From assembly GCA_045837725.1 (NCBI GenBank), contig JBEWZL010000146.1, positions 62,001 through 106,398 on the forward strand: 44,398 nucleotides of DNA, written 5' to 3'. The translations under genes were made by a program, and so were the position numbers. The number at the start of each line of letters is the position of its first letter. The first letter of the stretch is position 1. The notes beneath the pieces were generated by a model, which worked only from the letters and a program-made list of their open reading frames with translations, searched no databases and was not told the origin of the DNA. This document shows positions 12,301-22,921 of the stretch, in pieces. The DNA is from Vermamoeba vermiformis. Taxonomy: Eukaryota.

Positions 12301-14383
12301 TCGATCAGCTTATGCAGCAACAGCATGCCAACATCGTCTTTGCTTAAATAAGGCTCTTTAGGCTCCAATGTACCATCTACTTGGCCAGTGAATGGTTTTT
12401 TGAGCTTAAGTGGCGGCTTTGTAATGAACAAAGTGTCCGTTTTTTCGAGGATCTTGCGCAGATCGAGAAACTTTTTGAGCTCTAGAATAGACTGGGTCTT
12501 GTCTAGTCCTCGATGAAACCACTCGCGGCAGTCTCCTAATAGCTCGTGCACGCGCAGAGAGTCGGGCTCGCATTCTGACCAGAACCGATCGAAGAGCATC
12601 AGTCCGCAGCAGAACAGATCGTTGAAAACAAATGAGCCATCAAACAGCATGTTGTTCACGTGCTTGTCCAATGCTATTATATAATACGACATTAGTAACT
12701 ATAGTTTAGTAACGAACGTTCAATGAGATCCGCGTAGCAAAAAAAAATAAAAGAAATTGATATGTGGGATATAGCAAATTTTTACGAAATAAAAGGCACA
12801 GGAGAGCCTACTATTTCCTGCAAACCTGCATGTGATGGACAAATAAGGCTATTCTAAGCCATAATTAACACTTTAAGGTAGATCAAATTGGATGTGGTAA
12901 GTACGCAGCAAATTATCGTTCAAAAAATTATTATGGTACCGAGACCAAGCTCTATAATAAACTTACTTTCGTTTCCAAAGAACCATTCGAGTATAATCTG
13001 CGTAATATTGATCAAAACTAACGACAGCGGATAATCCGTCGGATCCATTCCTTCATGTTCGTCCAATAAGCGTCTATATACTGGATAATAGTTCTCGCCA
13101 AAGTACAACCACGATTTGACGGTCAACAAGTTAACTCCGACCCAAAAGACCTCGCTGCTGTAATTCTGCAAGTAATCGTTGTACATCGTGATCCGTTGCA
13201 GCAATTGTTGATGAGCTTCTTTGTTAGGATTGAACAAGATGCGACTATCATCGTACCAAGACTCTAATAAGCACGTCTATATAAAATACAACGAGGTTAG
13301 AAGTGTTTGCAATAATTTATCGAAAACCTATTTTTGGACGTCCGAGAACGGACCTTCGGTTCTTTTCGAAAAAATTCAGATATGTGGAAATTGAATTCCA
13401 AACGATGTATATTATAGTAATTGATATTGTTATATGCTTAGTGTAGGTTTAAGTTGCCTCGTTAAATTTAGAAAATAAAACTGGTGCTTGTACTTAAATT
13501 TAAATAAACCTTAGTATTTCTTAATATTGGAATTATTATCGTTATTTAGAACATAAATTGCACGTTAAATGATGAATATAAGTCATAAGCAATTTTAATC
13601 AGCTTGACAGACAAACTAACTGTCAGTTTACGTTGTTGACTTCGAGTTTAATTTTTAGTTATTTTGATGCGTTAGGTTAATAGAGGTATTAATATAGTCC
13701 TGTTAATTATATGGATCATAATTCAATCAATTTCGAGGGCAACAATTGTAAATTTACTTTTGCATACCTGATAGCGCAGTAATGACGGCTTGACACTATT
13801 AGGCTCGTGCTTGGATAGGTTCTGATATTATAAATACAAATAAGCATATTTTTCGTAATTTAAAATAATTTGATGAGTTTAAATTAATTTTCTTACCAGC
13901 AGTTTTGATGCGAAATTTAACTTTTCCAATACGTTCAGTAGCTCGCTAGATTCACCTCTGGGCAGTAGTACTAGCATATTTACAAAGAAAATAGCTATCA
14001 ATTCACGGCTGAAAACTGCTATCGTCTCGTTGTTCAATAAACTCGCCAAACGCTCGATGGGATTAGCGAGTTTGGGGTTGTTTGTTGTCGATAATAGCTT
14101 ATAAAATTGAGTCACATATTTTTTGTTCTCCTCTAGCACTTTGATGGCTATTTGAAGCGTGTCTGTAATGAGGTCGTCTGACTGGACATCTAACGCGTTC
14201 AATAATGTTGGAATAAATGCTTGAATTGCACTTAAGCTGCCGTCATTTGCTCCATTCATCGAGGATTTAACCTAAATAAATTATTTTAATTTTTTTAAAC
14301 CGCGCCTAACTGAAAGATAAATTTTGATACTGGATGCGCTGTGTAACTGCAATAAGATTTACCTCGGAAGAGCTTGAGGACAT
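9384..14383 (-). CDS. Large multi-exon protein with two ELMO/CED-12-like domains, helical repeats and a low-complexity/coiled-coil C-terminus
   Basis: ELMO motifs FNPNKEAHQQLL, DYPLSLVLINIT and FNDLFCCGLMLFDRFW; second set PFDHTN..HVQLVRQLY, FELLGLQG and NYPTCHVAVKL. Start MSSSSE|VKSSM inferred from splice signals. Confidence 0.75.
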
Positions 14384-15135
14384 ATAGCGATATATATTAC
14401 AATAGTGCTCTTCGAATGGTTGCAAAGGATGAGCTCTAACAAAAACAAAATGCGACAGAAAATCAATTGTCCTGCCTACTCGGCACCAATTCCTGCCCAG
14501 ATCTGCATAACAAGAACACGTTTCTCGCCATCGTTTGCTAGCATTAAAGAGCCAACACTACTAATACTAATGAGTCTTGCGAACACGTTGTTGAATTGAG
14601 TCCTGTTTGCATAAGGGGATCTCCGCCTTGATGCATCAGCGGGATGTGGCTTGTGTAACCTTCGTGTTCATAAAACCCAATTAGTAGCTACACAAACACC
14701 GATTCTTGATCGGTTGTATCCTTAAACTCGTTTAAATATTCTTACTTTCTGACCTTGTTTTTGGGATTGAGCTTGAATGCCAAACCCTGATTTCGCTTAC
14801 CGTTACTAACCACAAAATATATTCGGGCATATTTTAAGACTAATTTTAGCGTTGCGTTTACGAAGATTGAGCGCTTTAGCGTATTTTTGAAAATCGATGG
14901 TGGAAATGAATCTTCTTAGCGCTTGCTGAAAAATCGTAGATAATCAAAAACACGATATAAATGTAGTCCCTGAATTATTTATAATATTATGGCTATTTAT
15001 AAGCAATATTTAAACCAATTGTGACGAACTTGAATGATCACCGACGACAGCGGTTCCATCTAACCAGCCTCAGCCTCAATACGTATTAAAGCGACTCAAT
15101 ATTGTTATTTATTATCACTGGGGACCAGGCAGCGA

Positions 15136-15143
15136 GCCCACAA
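15136..15143 (+). promoter_or_regulatory. snRNA upstream sequence element (DUSE/USE-like, GCCCACAA)
   Basis: CCCACAA lies 61-67 nt upstream of the predicted U6atac start, matching the core and spacing of the Dictyostelium upstream sequence element WCCCAYAA (about -63). Confidence 0.65.
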
Positions 15144-15203
15144 TTTATTTTGAGCAGTTTTTGGGCTCCAGACAAAACCACCGCCACTGAACAATTGTTG
15201 GAT

Positions 15204-15312
15204 GTGTACGTTGAGCCGAGAGAAGGTTAGCAACTCCCCCGATAGGGACGAGGCGGTCATTTGACCTAAAACTTACATAGGCAAACCAACTATAAGTTGG
15301 AACTTTTTTTTT
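15204..15312 (+). ncRNA. U6atac: U6atac minor-spliceosome snRNA with a variant 5'-splice-site box
   Basis: GTGTACGTTGAGCCGAGAGAAGGTTAGCA aligns without gaps to human GTGTTGTATGAAAGGAGAGAAGGTTAGCA (recalled from memory). AGC triad intact; ISL CTC-CCC-CGATA-GGG-AC-GAG; hairpins GGTC-ATTT-GACC and CCAACT-ATA-AGTTGG; T9 end. Confidence 0.9.
15304..15312 (+). terminator. RNA polymerase III oligo(T) terminator of U6atac
   Basis: Nine consecutive T, 3 nt after the 3' hairpin. Confidence 0.75.
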
Positions 15313-15513
15313 GTAAGGCGATCGAGCCGTGCAGGGAATTTGCATCGTGCTTCGCGTGTGCCACCCTTTGTATCTACATTACTCGAAAATTTATGTAAAC
15401 TGAAGTATTATGATACATTGGTTGAGAAGTACTAACCCGTAATCTGAGAAGTAATTACTGGGTGTTAGCGCAATTTCACTCTATTTAATTTTTATTTTTG
15501 ATCTGGCAGCACA

Positions 15514-17460
15514 ATGGGCAATATTTTGTCTCAGTTTGGCATCATAAGGTTCAGCGATGTAGCCAGGTACGATTAATGTCATATCAATTGGTCCTTCTAT
15601 GGTGAATTCAATCGATCTCTCGCGATCGTCGTGATCGAATCCACTCTGTCTTCCCTAAAAATTAATAATAAATTCTAGGAACGAATATTTTCGTGCCGGA
15701 GTTGGTTTATTAGCCGTTAGTGCTGCCACTGGTGTTATTCGAGCATTTGCAACAATTATGTGGCGACGCGTCAGATCCAGCTTATCTGTCACTGTTGAAA
15801 TTCCCAGTAGGGACCATGCCCATGGTATGTATTAATTATTAAAAATATTATTACGCTAATTCATGCGAAGCTGTCGGATCTGAGTTCACGTTTCATATTA
15901 TTTTAGTTTACTCGTTAGAAATTAATTTGTAAAAGCACTATACTAAATTATTATGAATATTAATGATGGTTTAGCTAAATAAATTATTTTCGTAGCTTGG
16001 ATCTTGGAGTTAATGAACGAGTTGCCCTACAGCAAAAGATCACGAACACTTGCATTGGAAACAACATATGAACGCGATGAAGATGGTGTTAGCGAGCCTA
16101 AAGTATTATTCGTACCAAATATAGGCCACCATTTCTTCAGTTACAAAAACAAGTGGATTTGGTTGACACGTGATCGCGACAATAGCGTGAGCGATTATTC
16201 TACTGGTGGACCATTAGAGACCATGACTTTGACTACATTCGGCACTGACCGCCAAGCACTTCAAACTTTTATTAGTGACGCTATGAAATTATCAATGGCC
16301 AAAGAAGAAGGTAAGCTGCAAAGTGCCAGATCCGTTCGAAAGCAATACCATGTTCTTATATTTCCTTTTTAGGCAAGACCGTTATTTATACCGTCGCTAA
16401 TGGTGATTGGACTAGATTTGGTGTTCCTAGAGCAGTACGACCATTGCACTCAGTGGTCTTGGAGAAAAATATTTCCGAGAAGCTATTGACGGATGCAGTC
16501 GAGTTTTTGAACAGTTCTAAGTGGTATCACACACGAGGTACGTTACTAACAATATATTAATCACTAGTCGCCTAATAGTACCATATAGGCATTCCATACA
16601 AGCGGGGTTATTTGTTCTACGGACCTCCTGGCAGCGGAAAAACCTCGTTCATTACAGCGCTGGCCGGAGAATTAAAACTGTCCATTTGCATCATCAATTT
16701 GAACAATCAAGACCTCAATGACGAACAGTTGAGTCATCTTTTGAATAACACGCCCAACAAACGATGCTTGATTTTGATTGAAGGTACGACCAATTTCTCA
16801 CAATCACTTTCCTTTTATGGAAATGAGGCTGATTGAGCTATTTTTAGACGTCGATGCCGCTGCTATTGCCAAGGGTACTACAGCTGATCACTTCGGGTAA
16901 GTCCAACTAAAATTTTCTTGTTTTTGAGAGTTTTCAAGATTTGACACCTTATTTCCTTTTATAGTAAAGGCGTTACCTTGTCAGGCCTGTTGAACGTATT
17001 AGACGGAGTTGTCAGCCCCAGCGAAGGTCGATTGATCTTCATGACCACCAACCACTTCCAATTGCTCGATGCAGCGTTGATCAGACCAGGTCGTGTTGAT
17101 ATGAAAGTCCATTTTGGTCTCGCAACACCAAGTCAGGCAAAAAGACTGTTTTTGAATTTTTATCCGGGCGAAGAAAAGTTGGCAAAAGAATTCGAGAAAA
17201 GAATTCCCGATCGAACTTACAGCATGGCACAGCTTCAAGCCTACTTTGTATATTGCAAGAGCAGTCCTGCAACAGTGGTCCTTGAAAACGTTGAAAATTT
17301 GGGTCAGATCGTGTCGGATCCAAACTCCGAAATTATTAAGCGCGAAGTTATTACGATTGATTCAGACAAAGAAGATAGCAATCAAATTGTTGGATTTATT
17401 AAGAACGAAAAACACGATGACGAAGAAGATAATCATCAGTTGAGATCCAGCAGAACATAA
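15514..17460 (+). CDS. BCS1: Mitochondrial chaperone BCS1 (AAA ATPase), multi-exon
   Basis: N-terminal [20 protein letters not shown] and [59 protein letters not shown]. Confidence 0.92.
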
Positions 17461-17486
17461 AAATCTCCCATTTTTCCACGAAACTT

Positions 17487-19771
17487 TTATTTCGCACCAT
17501 ATTTCACAAGTTGTTCGAGCCACAGTACATTGTTATTCTTCGCACATTGCAGCGGAGTGTGGTCCGTGATTGTTCTTGCGATTGATATCGACGTAAAGGG
17601 CTAGCAGACTCACCAAACTAGATCCGTTCTCGCCGCTGTTCTTGCACAAGAGATGCATCAAGTTGTTGCCTTTGTTGTCCACAAATGTCACATCTGCACC
17701 ACGTGACAGCAACAGCTCGACAATGTTTTTGAGATGGAGTGACACTGCGAGTGAGAGCGCTGTTTGTGTGGCACGTGGTCCTTGAACAACGGTGTTGATG
17801 TGTGCGCCGTGTTCGAGCAGCAGCGTGATGTTTTCGATGGCCATTGTCTCGTTTCTTGTTGCGGTATTGACTGCGAGCATCAATGGCGACGCGAGTAATT
17901 GAGGCCCAATGAGGTTTGGATCTGCTCCGTACGTCAAGAATGTTCTTGGACTAGCGTCTTTTTCTAACGCTGCCACTAATAGTGTACGCCCGGTACTGTC
18001 TTTGTAATTAATTTTCTCTTTGCAATGGCGGATGAGGCCCATCGCTAAGCTTGCGTTGTGGTTGTACATCCGCGTCATGATCCAATGGCCGTGCGCATCT
18101 TCAACTATTTCACCCCATCGTTTGAGTTCGGAAAACACATAATACGATACATTATGCCAATCGACGTTCATACACTTAATGTACTGCTTCGTATCAGTAA
18201 GATCGTAATTGCACGTGCTAGCCAGATCTTCAAACTGAACGTTGTTGCTGCCCAAAGTAGCACCTTTGCTCAGCAGGAAATCTGCGTGGCTACGTTTTTG
18301 TTGCTTAAATGCCCGAAACAGCGGAGTATTTCCGTCAATATCGCGTGGGCTCCAGTCATCAATGTATTGCGAGAGTTCGTTAACGTGTGACGGAGAAACC
18401 TCATTCTTGTAGCGAATCATTGCGTGAAGAAATGTCGCGCCATCTTCGTCTCGCACTTTCATGAAATCTCGAACCTGTTCTGGTCCGAGAAAATGAACGA
18501 TTTCTGTCACGCTGATCTTATTCACGAATCCGCAAAAAAAGTTTGGGCCACCTTGTAAGAGATATCTTTTGTCTTCATGATAAGCTTCGATTAGCGCTTT
18601 GATTTGGTCTATAGTGCCGTAATCGACGTAAATACTGAGCCGGATCCACATTGGCCAATCAAGTGCTGGCAAGATCCGAATAATTGTTTCATTCATCGCT
18701 GGCATATATTTGTACGTGTAAAGAAATTGAATGTTAGACCTCGGATGAGCTGCAAATGTGCTGTAATCGGCAAAATTGGTGGCACGAAAATTGGGAGAGG
18801 AAGGGAAGTGATACTGTTGAGCTCTTGAATTCAGATCGCACTCGTATTCGAACGAAGAGTGCTTATAATATACTTCTAGTGCATTTTCGTATTCTACATT
18901 TAAGACCAGCTTGAAGAATAAACTTTGCGAGTTGAATCTGAAAAACTGTTCGTACGACATGTGCTTTCCGAGTGGTGCGTTCCTGCAGACTACTGAGTAT
19001 GAAATAGGCCATCTCTGTGCTATACTATCGATATTTTTCAGGGTAATCATCGTACAAACGAAAATACAGCGCTACGTGTTGCAGATTTGGAAAAACTGTT
19101 TTGAGATCTTGGAGACAGTCTTCTTTGTGATAAACAATGCTCAATTCTTTCACTTTCGAAAATTGCGTAGTTCTTAAGGTCGAAATTTGCTTTAGAATAT
19201 CTGCAGCGGTGCTTCTGATTTCCAATCTGGTCAAATCTGGAAAGCCATCTAACATAGGACAGTCCTCAACTGCGATGGATAGTGTTGATATTCCTCGTAA
19301 TAGTTGTTTGCCGATGTTTTTAGCGTGTTTTCCATGATCAAAACAAAACACCAGCGTGTGTAACCGATCGGATGCGAATAGGAGTTCTTTGATCTCCTCA
19401 AAATTGCAATAGCGCGAAGTATTATAAAGTATCATTGTCGTTACTCTATATTCCTCTGCCATTTTGGCTGTGAATAGAAGGGGTTTTGCCAAGTTGAGGC
19501 TGATTTGTTTGTTTGCATCCGCTTGCTGACAGGCTCTTTTCCATCTTTTAGATACTTTAATGAACACTCTAAGCCATATATCAAAGCAAAAGTATTTAAA
19601 CACTTGTCCTAGAATCTCTAGCGGTAAAATATCCAGCGAAACGGACACATCTGCTTCCAACTTTGCTTCCTGTGTAAATTTATTCAAATTAGAATTTTGA
19701 TAATTATAATTAGAATTATTTAAGTACTGCACTAATTTTTGCTCTCTTTGGCGGCTCGAGCATTCCATCAT
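17487..19771 (-). CDS. Intronless F-box + LRR-like + ankyrin-repeat protein (two apparent +1 frameshifts near 19036 and 17561)
   Basis: F-box LDILPLEILGQVFKY...VSKRWKRA; ankyrin repeats DGATFLH, DGNTPLFRA, TGRTLL, SPLMLAV and QTALSLAV. Removing one base near 17561 gives a last repeat GHTPLQCAK...LVKYGAK*. Confidence 0.8.
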
Positions 19772-19951
19772 CGCTCCTTTTTCTCTTCAACATTTACGTT
19801 TGCGCAAACCAACAGTGAGCTCTTGGCCTCAGTGGTGGCGTATCACGACTTAGCAACGAAAAGTATTTAATTTCCGCCCAGATTTTTTCGTACTCTTTTT
19901 GCATGACTGAAGTTGGCTTTTTTTTATTGCGCAGGAAAAACCAAATTTGCA

Positions 19952-22695
19952 TCACATAATAACTAGACTGAGAACTACAAATAATGTGATTACAATGTTC
20001 TGAATGTTGGAGCTTGCAAACGACACAGAAGGGTTGCCGGGACTATTTGTCGTGGGTGCTTCAATGACAGGCGGGAGATAATCGCTGGATCTGCATTGAC
20101 TCGCTAACTGTTGCACTGGCAGCGTCTGTTCCGCGTACGAATAACAATTGAAGTACCCGAGGTTCAGTGACACATTGCGCGAAGGACCTAAAGGACACGC
20201 GAAGACCGTGTCAGCATGATTGGTGCCAAACGCATAAGCGGCGCCGCTGTAGCCCTGTGCGTAGTTGTTCTGCACGATCGTGTTGACCACCGAGTACAGC
20301 GTGGCATTGGGCGGTCCTAATTCGACGTACTGGGCCTCAAAACAGTTTGACAGGAAGAGGCCCTGGGACACGTTCTTAAACACATCTTCGATCGGAGATA
20401 TTCCGCCGACACGTGTCAAATTGTTGCCTCGAACCTCGATGCCGAACAACATTGTTCCACGAGTGAATCGATCTTGCGCTGAGAGCTGACTGCCAGCCAA
20501 TCGGATCATTGCACTGGCTCGTGGATTGTCGCCGTAGATCAAATTGTTCAAGATCTTCGAGTTGTACACGAATGTCAGTTGAAGAGGTTGGGACGGAATA
20601 TTAATATTTCCGCCGCACTTAGGAGCAACAGTAGTTCCGCTGATGGACTGGTAGGGCTGATAACTGATTCCACCTGAGTTAATGAACGAGTTGCCAACGA
20701 CTGTCGAGTTTACGAAGGCTGAGGCGTACAGCCACAAGCCACGTGGATTTCCTTTGAAGAGCGTGTCTTTGATGATCCAATTCAGACCACCCAAGGGATT
20801 GTACGCGTAAAGGCTGTCAGATATAGGTACCACTTGCCAAGGCTGATCTAGCGTGAAAGTGTTGGCTGTGGCTGAGACAACACGACGTGTCTGACCCATG
20901 CCCGGACCACTCGTGATCGTCACGCTCAGCATGTTAGCAGTCTTAAAGCTCCAGTTTGCGGAACTGTCTGTCAACGTCGTGCTCGTGGCTGAGGTCACGC
21001 GGCCAACGCCCGCTTCACCACGGTAAGGTCCACCGCCTTCACTCAAAATAGTTTCTCCGTCGTTGTTGAAGTTTGAAAAGTTGTAGTAGAGTGTTTCGAA
21101 TTGGCTGTTGGTGACGGCAATGTTTTCGCAGAAATTGCACGACCACATTCGACTTTCGACTGGACTGGCCCCGGCAAATTGTTTGCGGGAGTCGCGGATG
21201 AGGTGAAAATTGTCAAACACTACATTCTTCGTCGAGCTCGAAGTCATGTAGCCATTCTCGAAGTACAGCCATACATTTCTAAATATGGCATTTGTAGTGC
21301 ACCCAAATAGGAAAAGTGTTGTCGTCTGTGCTTGACCCAACAAGACATTCTGAGAAGTAATTGTGACGTCTTGCACGAGCATGTTGTTGGCTGCCACGCC
21401 AAAATACGAGCCTTTGATGTCCAAAAACAATCGGACTAGTGCAAGATTCGAGCTATTTCTACTTGAAATCGCAGTGCTAGTGAAGCCAGGGTTGACATCT
21501 GCCGTAGCCAAAAGTGACAGATCCATCATGGCGAAGTTGTCTAATGAACTGTCTGAGCTGTAGATCCATACATTAGGATCGTCCATGTTGCAGTAACCAA
21601 AGTAAATAGTCGTCTTGTTGACACCAGCGCCTTTAATCACAATATTGCTGTGAAGCTGCAAAGATCGACAGGAGAGCCAGTAAAATGTTCCTTCGGATAT
21701 TTGCAGCATTCCTCCGCCTTGTGCGGATAAACTGTTAATTGCATTTTGAATGTCCGGAAACACGTCATATGAGCTGTTGGAAGAGCTCGGGATCGTTATG
21801 ACGTTTGTTTCAGCGAACCAAAAGTTGACGCCCCAACCAAGGCCGAGACCTAGATAATCTTTGCCTAATCTGGCAATAACGGTGAATGTACTGGTCTGCT
21901 CTACACTGAGTCCATTATCGACTTGCACGCGATAAACAGTGTCATTCAGCAGATCCGCTGGAGTCACTACTGTCAATACAAATTGATCGCTATCTTCAAC
22001 CAATACTTGAGCAGATAGCGCTGTATTTGTTCTATAAGATACTATATCAATACGAGTTAAAAATTTGGGATCTGATTTACCCTTCCTGAACGAACTTGAC
22101 TGTCGGTTGCCAAGCACTGCCAAAGTACAAATTCTCACCATAGATCTTCATTTCAGTGCTTGGAAGAATTTCGCTCTTATCAGACTGTTGAAGGAATGGT
22201 TTGTTCAACGTTACTGCCTCGCTTTCTTCGCTGCCTGATCTGACCTTTGTAAAACAGAAACGGTTAAAATCCAGGCAAATTTGACGTATAACTCTTACTT
22301 TAACGTGATAAGCTTCTAAAAACCAATCGTTCGGGATGATAAATTGGATGACAGATCCTTCTCTCGGGTCAGAAGGAATTAATTCGGCGGTTACTTCAGC
22401 TTGGCTATTTCCTGATATTAGGACTTGTACATTCGATCCAAATCCATCGCCTTGAACGTAAACAATGTCACCTGTCGGAATATTATATAAATAATTGTAA
22501 ATAAATTACCAGCTAATTGGATCCGCTTTATTAATTACGGAAATGATATTTTTGAGTGTTAATATGTTATCTTACAAGAAAATTACCTGGAAAGCCAGTA
22601 GACGAATGATTTAAAATGACGGTTTTGGCTGATCCGAGCAATAGTCCGTTCGATAGCAATACAATTAAAGCGCAGATGACCAAATCTTTAATCAT
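19952..22695 (-). CDS. Secreted/GPI-type protein with IPT-like N-terminus and pectin-lyase-fold (right-handed beta-helix) domain
   Basis: Signal peptide MIKDLVICALIVLLSNGLLLGSA; IQNAINSLSAQGGGMLQISEGTF and LHSNIVIKGAGVNKTTI (beta-helix N-cap); hydrophobic C-terminus; three 5' introns. Confidence 0.8.
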
Positions 22696-22921
22696 GTTTT
22701 ATTAACACGGTTGTGGTGGCTCTTTGCTTCATTTGAAGATATGAAAATCATAATGTCGAAGCGATTTCTGAAGAAACAATTCAATTTCGTGACAATCTAA
22801 CGCCGTAGTACGGAATTCAATTGAAGGTGTTTTATTTTACAAACGTTGCTTCTTATTGCCTGCAGTATTGTTATGTACTGGTGCAGATTTGACAAAAAAA
22901 GAAATTTATTTTACAACTAAT

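Noticed and set aside
14716-14730. GTATCCTTAAAC, resembling a canonical U12 donor or the 5' end of U12 snRNA
   Set aside because: Intergenic with no supporting exon, and it lacks the GTAAGGA branch-pairing region and stem-loops of U12.
14400-14830. Short ORFs upstream of the ELMO gene
   Set aside because: Stops in all frames and no coherent splice pattern or domain.
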